A DNA stretch of 64,000 bases from Sphagnum compactum. Lineage: Eukaryota. Shown one piece after another: positions 1 through 11,677 of the stretch. The stretch is taken from the NCBI GenBank assembly GCA_965153455.1, contig OZ234493.1:17908213-17972212 (forward strand). Reading direction: 5' to 3'. Positions within the stretch are counted from its first letter, which is position 1, and the number at the start of each line of letters is the position of its first letter. The notes below the pieces were generated by a model. That model was not told where the DNA came from and made no database searches. It saw only the letters and a list, made by a program, of their open reading frames with translations. A program made the translations under genes and the position numbers.

Positions 1-1499
1 CTACAATGACACAAAAATCGCTCAATTTGGTTAATAGATGAGAAGAATATTTGAAAATGTTCGATGATAGGGTCATGTTTGATGATAGATGAATTTACCC
101 CTACACATTTGAGTTTTACTTTTGAATTTGCAATTCACCTTGGAAGGGGTCGAGTGGCCAAGATAAACTAGCACCCGCCATCATACTTGCAATACAAAAA
201 AGACTATGGATGACCTTCCAAAAGCCATCCATTGTCCTTCCTTATAGACCTACCCTTTGATAGGGTCTTTGTCTATCATCCTTACTTTTTAGCTAGCCTA
301 TTAGGTTGGCGATCTTTTTTTGAATTTCTGCATAAGTATGTTTTTTTATAATTATTTCATACTAGCCTCTTAGGTTTTTTTCTCTTTTTAAAGAAGATAA
401 ATAACATATTTTACTTTTTCTTTCTTTTTAATCTATAAGTAATTTGATAGGAGCTAGGCCAAATTGGTGCATTGAATAATACATGAACTTGTATGAGATG
501 AGAATAAACTAATGATAACAAAGCAATTTAAATATTGGATTTAGTGTCACAAAAGACTATGACTTCAAGATTTTTAAAACTTCAAATGAAGCAAAGTATT
601 CAATTATTATAAACTTGGTCTTTTTTCAAACATATCATTTTGCATTCACAAATGACTCTCACAATTCAAAGGATGAAAATAAAGCTTTAATTTAGGAACA
701 TTTTGATGGCTTTGAGTTTAGGACAATATAACATCACTAGATTCACATTGTTTTAGGACACCTTGCAAGGAATTGGTGATAGGTATGTTATCACTTTTGT
801 GCTCACTAAATATTCCCTTAATTCTAGCAAAACTTACCCAAGTGGCACAAGTGTGTATCTATGTCATGCACTTGTGTCAAGTATACCTTTTCACATGGAA
901 GGTTCCACCCTTAAAACAATCCTTTACCCATGTGATTTTTTTTTCATTTGTGTCTTTTTATTACATCAAGTATAAAATTGAACACAAGAGGTGCGTGCCA
1001 ATTGTGCCAATTCCTACCTCAATGACACAAATGTGCATCTATGTTAGGTAGACACATCAAGTATAACTATCCTCATTGAATGCCTCACCCATTATGGCAA
1101 TGGTTTAGCCAAATGACACAATTACACAACTATGTCAAGTATGTGTCTTTGGTATAACATTAAAGTCTAACAATATCATCTTTGATGGATTCTTATACAT
1201 GACATGGTATCCTACCATGTTTTGAATCATTCAAGTTGGTTTATGAGGTATACCTTACATGGTGCTTTGTTTTGTCTTGAAAAAAAACTTGTTGGATTTT
1301 GTTTATAAATGATGCAACGACATGACTTGTTCTTGGGGAACATGTTCATCACTAATTCTAAAATTATAATTTCACATTTTACATAATTCTAAAGTGGCTT
1401 TGTGTGACTTCATATTAATTTTGGGTGTAATTTGAAAGCAATTGTTTTTGAAGTAAATATTGAATCTTGGTTACAGCAAACATTGATTAACCTTTTTCT

Positions 1500-1790
1500 T
1501 ATTGGAAAAATGTCACAAAGAAGTGAAATTGAAACTTAAAAATTCAAAATTTAAGTGATTTTGGAGGCTTTCAATCATCAAAAGCAAAGAAAAAATAGTA
1601 AAATTTTCTAGATTTTTATATTTGAGTTTCAACAGGTAGTCAAAAATATGGAAGGATGTTTAAAGATTTGTATTTCATATTTCTATAACCATATTTGGCT
1701 AAATTTTTCTAGGGATGATAGCCAATTTTTTACATTTTTCTATGGATGATCACCATTTTGGCTATAAACAAAATTTTCTAGAAGACACTA
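1500..1790. repeat. Dispersed AT-rich MITE-like repeat family (core ...ggatgatc-ccactttggcta...); related copies near 9690-9900, 14630-14880, 32250-32450, 33470-33680, 48600-48860, 51020-51280
   Basis: Recurring motifs such as tagccaaaaatatagaaggatg, ttggctaaat and ggatgatc..cac.ttggcta in several places and both orientations; boundaries approximate. Confidence 0.6.
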
Positions 1791-2039
1791 GCATTGATAA
1801 AGGCCCAAATAAGGATTATAAGAGAGATGCTCTCAATGGATTGATTTATGGAAACTTGAAAGTTTATTTCCAAGCTTTAATAATATGAAACCTCCTTCAA
1901 TAAAATGAACCCTAAACCTTACATTATATGATCAAATCACAATGGCAAATCATTTCGTAGATATCAATGTATAGATGATGCACTTCATTAATAATCATAC
2001 ATTATATTTTCAACGAGGGTTTATCTTATGTTGATATGA

Positions 2040-3380
2040 ATAATGTTATGTTATAGTTATCCTTTAAAAATCATTAGGAACATTGCCATAGCTTTTGAAG
2101 AAAGTGGTGAATTAGTGTTAAAACTTAGAGGTGGTGTTTGGTATCCAATTTTACAAAATGAGCACATTCAACGATTAATGGAGCATCCTAAGGCACATTC
2201 CAATACCACATTGGAATCTTTCCATCATTAGTTGAACGAAGTTTATCAATTCTCACACCCTAAGTCTATGTGAACTCCATTTCAAAAGTCATTAGAAATC
2301 AAGCATCTTATATTTTTGAAGTTGATGCACTTTGAGCCAAATGATTATGACATTGAGAAATGTATTAAAGAACTTATCGAGTGGGTGTCAAAGTTTATTA
2401 AAGCTAGGTGAAAATATGGTTGATGTAAAATACATGAAGAAGGTTGGTTTTAATTCTGGTGACGAGTAATCAAAATTGGTATATGGGGGATTTTTTGGAA
2501 TCCTTCGTAGGGTCTTCCATGGACCATTCCAAAGACAATTTCAAAAATAACTATCTCATTTTCAAGCCTAATTATTTCATTTCTTTTTTTTAATAATTGC
2601 TTCCTTTTTTAATGAACTTTCTTAAAAACTATCTCCCACCTTACCTAATAAATACTTCCATTTTATAACTACCTCACTCTTTTCCCCTATTGCCCAACAC
2701 GAATATGAAAGAAATACATTAACATATGTTGTTTCATGTCCATGAAATGTATATTAATTTAAATTAAATTTGACATTCACATAAATAATGAGAAATTATT
2801 GAAAATTATATGAAAACGTAAGAAAAAGTAAAATAGCTGATGTAATGTGCAACAACACGGAGCTCAAATTTATATTTGACATGTTTTGAAAGGGCTTGTC
2901 AAGGATGAAAGTGCTAATGAATTTGTCCTATTGAAGGTCAAATTTTATCTTTGGTGGTTGTGGCTGGTTGTGAAAAAGTTATTACACCTGATGTCAAACT
3001 CGATGCTTCTAATGTTGATAAGTTTTTAGAATTTATTCAAACCAAGGTCATTCCCTATCTTGATATACAATGATTCATTCTTTTGGACAATGTCCCATTT
3101 CACAAATCTTGTGAGGTACAAGGAGCTTTTGAAGAAGTGGGTCACATTTGCTTTCATTTGCTATCATATAATCCATTCCTAAATGTTGCAGAAGGAGTTT
3201 TTGCACACATCAAAAGCCAAGTTGTATGAAATGATCTCCAAGACCATGGAACATTGTTAAGTCATATTAGTCATGGTGCATAATATATTATTTCAAATAT
3301 GGTTCAAGGTTGGATAAAAGAGCTAAATTGAAATTTTGGTAATGCTAGTCATGGAGAACAATTAAGAGAATTTTAGACAT
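2040..3380 (+). mobile_element. Degenerate Tc1/IS630-type (DD34E) transposase relic
   Basis: From 3074: FILLDNVPFHKSCEVQGAFEEVGHICFHLLSYNPFLNVAE, with D (3086) and E (3191) separated by 34 residues, resembling the DDE_3 DNA..H / PYSP.LNPIE motifs. The 2043-2231 ORF resembles the N-terminal HTH/RGG region. In-frame stops present. Confidence 0.75.
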
Positions 3381-4193
3381 GATTTTTTTTTTTCATGAAA
3401 TTGGCTTTGTGGAGTTGTGAATATGGGTGTCAAATTGGGAAATTGGTCACTAAATCTAGTGAAATTGGTTTGAATTATTGCTAAAATAGTTGATAAAACC
3501 ATGAAATTGATTTTGCACTTTTGTGAAGTCATCTCACAAAAGGAATATAAGGAAAAAAATTTGGTCTACTCACACAATTATTGTTTCTTTTATGCATTAA
3601 ATCTCATTTGGTGGTCTAATAAAATTTCTTCAATGGTCAAAGCACATGGGAGAAAATTCATGGGTTTCCCATAGTTGTTTTCCAATGTGGACCATATTAA
3701 AATCAACGCATGGCTTCAAATCAAAAGATTTTGTTTACGGATTTTAATTTCCTCTTACTAAAGAATACATGGATCAAATGAGGAAGTGTAATTCATAGAT
3801 AATTAAGAACAAATCAAAACATTTCAACTAATTTCTTTTTTGGGAATCATGTGTTTTAAAAAGGTGAAATCCCAAGTAACAAGATCAAATGGCCAAGACT
3901 ATGGAACCAATTTTTTAAAACAAATCTAAATGATGTGACTAATTTACAACACCCACATATTATATTTAAATTTACTATATAAGATTATTTAGATATAAAT
4001 AGTTACATAAATCATTCTTATGAAAATATCACGTAATAGAATATTTGGAATAGTAAAGCCATTTTAAGACATTTTGAGAAAAGGTCTTCTACCATTTTAA
4101 AACAATTTTGCATCATGTTAACATGGTTTCACCAAAATCAACCCTTCACACCAACCAAACATTTGAAGCAATGGTAAAAACAATACAATATGG

Positions 4194-4215
4194 AATATAT
4201 ATATATATATATATA
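4194..4215. repeat. (TA)n microsatellite
   Basis: atatatatat... run read directly. Confidence 0.9.
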
Positions 4216-6056
4216 ATTTATCTTCCAAGAGTCAAAATGCTTGGAAACTAGTTTGAAAATCACCTTAAAACCAGCCTCCATTCTAATAATCACCCAACAT
4301 GGGTTAAGAAAAATGATTAAAAGTTCCAAATTTGGAGTGTTAAACCAAGTTTCACATTCTTGTGACTCGGATTCAAATTGGCACACCCTTTGATGAAATC
4401 GGCACAAGAATTGAATTACGCAACTCACTTTTTGTTAGAATTGAAACCATGAAAGCAAATTCTTGAGCACAAGTTCAAGCTCTTTAAGTAACCATGTTGA
4501 AATCTTTCAAAGATGTAAACCAAGTAAGCCAAACTGTATAGGTAATCAATTTTAATTTGTTGTGAAACTTCATAGCTATACAAGTTATACAATCTTTGGG
4601 AGTGTGTATTGTGTACATGGAATTGCATTCGAGTTTTGAATTGGGTTCAAAGGTTCTTAAATTTGAAAAAAAAAAAAAACAAAGCAAGACAAAATCAAAA
4701 TCACAAGTTTAAAAATTTGAAAAACTGGACCTAAACTCACACCTAGAAAACCTACCAAAACTACTTTTGTGTCAAAATTAGGATTGGATGCTTTCAAAAA
4801 AGGAAAAATCGCCAACAATGGCTAAGATTAGTGTTGATAGATTCTTGAATTTTAGTAGGTTCAAATCGTGTTATAAGGTCAGGTTCTCTAAGGTCTTCAA
4901 ACCAAAGGTTTCAAGTATCCTTGAAATCATCATTGGAACCTAACCAAAGAACCAGCTTATTTCCTAAATTGAATTAGAACTTCAATCAAAGGTGTTGGCT
5001 AACTTTTAAAGGTTCAGATTTTCTAAATACATAAGTACAATTTTATTTTTTAAAATTTAAACTTGGTCCTATATTTTAGACAAATTATTACATTTGATTT
5101 TTTTATAAAAAAATTAGTTGTGTGTAATGGAGATGGAAGCGAGCCTTGTCTTAAATCAGACCAGCCTTAATTCTTTGTGAAAATGAAAAAAAAATTAAAA
5201 TTTTCCAAAATCCAAAGAACCAATCTCAAGACCGGGTTGGAGATTCCATCAAAAACAAAAAAAAGGATTGAAGGTTCCTTTTGAAATCAAGAACTAAACC
5301 CTAAACCCTAAACACTAATTAGGACTAACTCATTCAAGGCAACTTGATGGAGTAACATTGATTCTCCATACTACGCTATGATCCCTGAACAGGTTTGGCA
5401 ATAATAAAAATTATTTTCAAAACTATCAATTCTTGAAACTTTCAATAAACAAAGTGCCAAAAATTAGTAAAATTTAATCGATATATTGGGGCCAATGGGT
5501 TCAAGTACTTAAATGAAAACTTGCTAAAACACACTGAGACAGTACTGGCACACTTGTTACAAAGAGGCTTGTCTTGTTAACAATATTATTTACGCTGAAA
5601 CGTTCAAGGTCAAGAATCTAGTGCTGAAGCTAAATTTTTGAAAAATATATTAATCATTCCACATATGTTTGCCAAATTTATTCCGGACTATGGTACCTCA
5701 TGCACCTATATTACACTATAGGGTTCAATATATGTAAAGGAAATTTCCTAATTGATTATGGAGGGCTTCCATGCAAAGATGGCCCACAAGAAGTGTAGGG
5801 TACTGCCTTCAGAGTGAGTCATTCCAAAAATAAACAAGTGCTAGAGCCAAGGGCCACTTATTGAGAGACAACCCCCCCCCCAAACCCCAAAGGGCATTAC
5901 CTTGCATAAAGTGTCGGCAAAAAAAAGAAAAAAACCATTTTCTCTTGTGATACCTGGTGGATACCCATGATATTTGCCAGGTATCACAAGAAACAAATGA
6001 AAAAAGAGGTGAGGCATTTCGAGAGACAAAATGCCCCCCTTCAAGCACACCGTCCA

Positions 6057-6210
6057 TTTTTTGAAATGCCTTACGGTCTTTGCAAGACAGATTTGGATCG
6101 AGATTCCAATTTTTGAAATGCCTTGTGGTCTTTGCAAGGCAGGTTCCAATCAATGTTGCATTTTTCCCAATGCCTTGGCACGGTTTTTGCAAGACAGATT
6201 CAGATCGGTA
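6057..6210 (+). repeat. Three degenerate 52-bp tandem units (mirror copy ~44620-44780)
   Basis: aatgcctt..ggt(c/t)tttgcaag.cag recurs with the T of aatg at 6067, 6119 and 6171. Confidence 0.8.
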
Positions 6211-6649
6211 ATGTGACCGAGTCTTGATACATCCAAAAAAAAAAGCATGTGTTTACACGTTTTGAACAAGAGTTCCCAACTTCTCTCTTGCACATGAGGC
6301 CAATTGGATTCAAGTCTTCTGCTTATTACACTCAAATGTAGAACAAGACTTGGTCACCAGATTTAAGCCTTTTCCCCATGTACTATATATTTCATGGTGG
6401 AAAATAGCCTTTACCTAAATGTTGGACATCGGTAAAGGTTTGTAAGTTAGTTATATATGTGGAAACTTAAAAATCAGTGTGAGTTGTTTCACAAGTTAAA
6501 ACATTTCAGGAAATATCTTGTTGTCGGGCACTTGCCCTGTAGCAACATCAAGCCCCTTGCAACATGTAATTCATTAAACAAGACCCAATGTACCCAATGT
6601 ACAGTAGGTAGGTATGTGCTTTGGTGGTCAAAAATTGTGGGTTTTAGTT

Positions 6650-7200
6650 TTGGTCAACCATGGGCCAAAGCATGAAACAATGTTTTCATTTGAACAATTT
6701 TTTGACTCCCTTCATGTATAGGTGTGGTTATTTTGACCAAAACCAAGCGAGGACCATACTAAGTATACAACCACATTTTTTCAAGTGTGCACAATCTTTT
6801 GCAATGTATCCTCACCTTTTTTCACTCCAAACCTTACCATATCATGCACAACAATATAATTTGGATGTTTTGTTAAAATATCTCTTTTACAACCAACAAC
6901 CTTGTCCTTGTTTGTAATTAAAAAATAGACCTTGCATTTCATGGTGTGGATAAACCCAACTTCTAACACACAACCCTTTGCCCACAACAATTTTGTTATT
7001 AATCCAACTTGAAACTTTCTAGTTGCATCATAATACTTTTTTGGCTTCTTCTCATCCAAGTCCTTTTTTGCCTCTTCAAAGTAAGGTCAAATCATAAGCC
7101 AAACAACTCTACCACATCCTCAAGGTTTATTGAATTAGGAAGGACTTCATGCATATCAAACTTGGAAGCATTTATGTTGTTTGCTACATTTTCAAACTCA
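6650..7200 (-). mobile_element. N-terminal (zinc-finger region) fragment of a degenerate hAT transposase
   Basis: ORF 6781-7059 minus: YDATRKFQ...W...KCKV...KDKVVGCKRDILTKH. Its mirror copy runs into the hAT core at 36105-37157. Confidence 0.55.
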
Positions 7201-9919
7201 AGTGAACAACTTATAGAATTATGAGAAGGAGGCTATCTTCTATGAAGAGGTGACTTGGGCCCACTAAAAGAACTAAATGACCTTGGAAATATGGAGGAAT
7301 GAGACACAAGGCCCAAAGGCATGGTGGGCTTTGGGTTTTCGAACGAATTGAAATATTGAAAATTTTGAATAAAACATGATGGAGTGCCCAAGCTATGAAC
7401 AATGATAAAACCTCATAAAGAATATATCACCTTCAAAGAGCAAATTCAAAACTAGAAAACTCACAAAGACCATATTGGACTTCAGAAAACACTACAAAAA
7501 TTATAAATTCTGAAAACTGAAAACTTAAAAAATGCATACTTTGTGACTCTAGAATAATTTTTTTCTCTTTTGCATCTCTTCAAAGTTAAAGCCACCTATT
7601 CCATTAAATTTGCACAAATCCATTTATTAAAAAATTCGACAAGCAACTTCATACTTGGAACAGCATGAGCAACAAATCTTGTAAAAAATCCAGCAAGTAA
7701 AACTTGAATTGGGAATGGCCATTTCAACTTTCAAAAACAACAAGCAAGATGTTTTTTGAACTTGCAAATGTTACAACTAACTAGTCACTTAGAATTGGAT
7801 TCCAGCAATCTACACAACATCATGGTACACCTATTTGGTGAAAAACTTGCAGATCAACTAATAGCAAAGGAAACAATGGTGTGAGTGCAAAATGGCACCC
7901 ATAATGTTTTTTGTAATTGCTCGTGGGGATGGTGGTTAGGGTTTGAGGAGCAATGAGGCAAGGGGTTGTATCTCATGTTCGTTATACCTCACTTCATCCT
8001 AGTGAAGAGTATGGATGCCTTGGATGTGTTTTGGCAACTAACAACCTCATCCAAGACAATATGTGATGAAATAGAATGGATTTCTTTTCTTTGCCTCCCC
8101 CAATGAAGGATGAAATTTTGCCCTAGTTCACCCTAGTGATGCTAGAGAAGAAGACTCAACATTGGATAGCTACCGTAGTAGTACCTTTACCAATTCGGTT
8201 GTCAATATTTGAACCACAGATCAACCGCAGATCTTCCATGACAATGACTTAGAACTGAAACAGTCTAGACACACTAGCTTGTTCCATAACATTAATAAGA
8301 TTCTATTTATTATTTTATATAATCATTACCTACCAAAAATTTCAGAATTAAAAAACCAGGTGCTGAGGTGCTGAAGTTAAGATTTTAAATTTAAATAATT
8401 ATTCGACAGTTCATTGCCAAAATGATAAAGGTACTACGACAACCCCTTTATTATTCTCACAAGTCTCAAAATTAACTTGAGATTTTCATGGGTTCCACAA
8501 GTGTGAAAATTAGCCTGAAATTTGGATTCGCAGGTTCCAAGAAAGAATGAACCACTCAGTATTTGAACTAGTGCAAAAAGTAGCCTGGAATTTTCTATTG
8601 GGTTTGAAGCAAAACTTATGTTATGGTTTGGATGAGTATCAAATGTGAAAATTGGGGTGAATTTACCTTTTTCGGATTTCAAGAATAAATAGTGCACTTT
8701 ATTGTTCACTATAAGTGTCAAGCCCCTGAGATAGCCTGAAATTTCGATTTGGGTTTGGAGGAACAGTGACCTGCCATTGTTCTTCACACGGGAGTGCCAA
8801 ATGTGACTTTTTTCTTAGAGCACACTTGACTGACAAATTGGTGGTATAGGATAAGGGTCTATCTTTCCGCTGTACAGAACTGAGGTACTTCTTTACCGAT
8901 TGAAGTTTTTTTTGAGGTTGTAAAGTGATTGCACGAAACTCACTCCCACCACCACAAGGAAAGGCTGGCACCTTTAAAATTGTCACAATTCCATAAAGTA
9001 AAAGAGATGCAAGAAATAAAAGAGAATCTTTTTGGCTAGAAAGACAAATTTCAAAATCGGTATAGTCGAAATTTCGTCGGTACAAATGCCATCTTCCAGC
9101 TGAATTGGTGCCCCAGCTCTTAGAAGGGGGTATTAAAGAACAATTTTGGAAAGAAAAATTTCATGCAGTCAATGGGAAGGCTTAGCATGCAGTGGCAAAA
9201 GATGCAGTTTTTTTCTTTAGGGGAGAGGAATTTTTTTTCCCCTACTTTGTTCCCAAAATGTTCTCTTTATGTTCACACAGGGTTCCCAAATAATTCCCAA
9301 AGTGTTCTGAAATACTTTCCCCAAGATGTTCCAAATAGCACCTTGGTTTTATCCCATATGGTTTTGCCCAAGTTCAACTTCCTGTATATAAACTGAAAAG
9401 GTGAAAACTTGAGGAGCATGTTTGTTTTCATTTTGCAACTGGGGGTTCAGAGAGGTGCTTCTACTGGGCCATGGCTCCTTTAAAAGAAAGAAATAAAGTT
9501 GTGAGCACACCTGTGAACTAAATAATATGAATCGCAAATACATAACCATCCTAAATCTACACTACAAAATACACAGCAGTTCTTTTATGCAATACGACAA
9601 GTTTGAACCCCCAGACTTTTGTGGTACCATGCTGAGCCATCACCCCTGACCAGCCTTTTTCCTGCTGGCTAAATATAGCTAAAATCAAATATAAAAAATT
9701 AAAACTGTTAAAATCATGTGGTTTTTTTAGCTTTTCAACCATGTTATATCTATACATGGTTCAAGTAAGTAGCCAGAAATATAAAAGGATGTTTTAAGAA
9801 ATTTACTTTCATATTTGGCTTGTAGCCTAATCTGGCAAAATCTTCCTGTGGATCATTGCCACTTTGGCTGTAACACAAAAATTGCCAAAAGAAAAAAAAA
9901 AAAAACACTGCCCTGACGC

Positions 9920-10480
9920 GTATTGTGAAATTTTGATTTGGCTTCCAAGCAAGGATGTACGTAAAGTCAATTAAGCAAATTTTTTGGCCTGCCTGAAAGA
10001 CAATTGCAAAGCTTTTTTTTTCGAAGATATTTGTAAATATTTCATAGCTCAGTTCATCATCATGCATAGTCAATAAAATATTTTTCAACATGATCAATGG
10101 GCACACACACACCTGCTTTTTTTTCTTTGTTAAGCTTGCTACACTCTTTGGCTTTGCATTTGATTTTAGGAAGCCACATCCCCCACCTCATTGTTCACAC
10201 AAAGTGTCAAAACTAGCCTGGTATTTTGATTTAGCTTAGGAGGAAGAATGACCAACCTCAATTGTTTTGGGACACAAGTACTAAAACTAGCATATGAAAT
10301 TTTGATTTGGGCTTCAAGCAAAGTATCACCCCACCCTTAGTACTTTACCAACATTGTTTACATAGTTGTAAAAACCAACTTGCCTATGAAATGTTGATTG
10401 GGGTTTCAAAAGCAAGGATGGACATCCTCAATACTTTATTCACAAGAGCTAAAATTAGCCTGAAATTTTGATTTGGGTAT
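9920..10480 (+). repeat. Degenerate ~75-bp repeat (aaactagcctgaaattttgatttgg...), also at 8460-8760 and mirrored in the right arm
   Basis: Motif recurs near 9925, 10208, 10282, 10372 and 10448, and near 8505, 8575 and 8730. Confidence 0.6.
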
Positions 10481-10794
10481 ACATTATGGAACCAACTACC
10501 AAGAAAGAGTAACCCAGGCTTATTAATAGGCAATAGTACCACAAGTCAAAGAGCCTAAATTGCAAACCAAAAAAAAAAAAAAACAATAAAAGCCATAGCC
10601 CCAAAATTTTGAACTACTGAGACTACGGAAGCCATCGGTAAAGACTAAAGACTACCTACACACATGAACTTGTTAAACCTAAGAATGATTCTCATAGGAA
10701 ACCCTTCCTCACTTCTTCCTCCGACACAAACACAGCATCAAACACATGTTATCCATGGCAGCTGCACTACTTCAACACAACAACAACAGAACTC

Positions 10795-10855
10795 TTGCTT
10801 GCATCACACGCCTCATGACTTCCCCCATCTGCTTATAAATCTGAAGATGCAGTTG
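10795..10855 (+). promoter_or_regulatory. Putative promoter block shared by AAA paralogs 1 and 3
   Basis: cttgcttg(c/a)atcacacgcctcatg...ccatctgcttataaa(a)tctg(a/c)agatgcag occurs here and at ~45614-45705 upstream of paralog 3; contains a TATA-like TATAAA. Confidence 0.5.
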
Positions 10856-11677
10856 GAAGACCCAGTATGAAGATGCAGTAGCTGCTTTACAATTTTCTTC
10901 CACTGTTCTTTGTTTGTTTGCTTGTTGCATTTCAGCTTCAAAGGTTTCCTTTTTCTCTTAAAATCAGTGTTTGTTCTATTGTTGTTGACATTTTATTTTT
11001 AAAAAAATTTCCAGTGTTCAAATTGATTTTTTCTGCTGTTTGCCTGTTCTTTTTGTTGTTGCTGTTGCAAATCAGCTTCAGAGGTTTTGTTTTTCTCTCT
11101 GTTTGTGGGGGAGCTGCTCACAGCTGCTTCATTTGTTGTAGTTGCCTTTCATCACAATGCAGCTGCACCTTGATCCAATTAATTCTATGTTTGTTTGTTA
11201 GTTTTGTTGCTGCTGCATTATCAATCTTCATTTTGTTTGTTTGTTTGTTTGCTTTTTATGTTGCTGCTGACTTCCTCAAACTTTACAAACAAACAAACAT
11301 CTTGGAGGTGATCATTTTGTTTTCACAACTTTGAAGATAATGCAACAGCTGCTTGATGCAAATTGAGCATTTGTTTGTACAAGCGGCTGCAAATTGAGTG
11401 TTTGTGTGTTCCGTCTCATCATCAGAGTTTGTGTTTTTGTTGGTTTGTTTGTCTGAGGTGATCATTCTGCTGCAGTAGCTTTGTTCAACAGTTTCTTTCC
11501 TTCTCTCCTTCTCAGAGGTGGTCATTTTGTTGCAGAAGCTTTGATCGAGTAGTTGTGGTGAGGAGGAGGACATTGTGAAGAAGTTGTGGGTACCTCGTTC
11601 AGGCTTTGTCTGTCAAGGGGCTTGTAGACAGACAGCAGTGGGCTTAAGAAGTAGCTTGCGGTTTCTTTGCTGGGAAG

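Noticed and set aside
5809-6335. 'Conserved' small ORFs repeated at 44532-45032 (similarly 8434-9085 vs 34306-34923)
   Set aside because: The similarity is due to the inverted duplication; frames are broken differently in each arm
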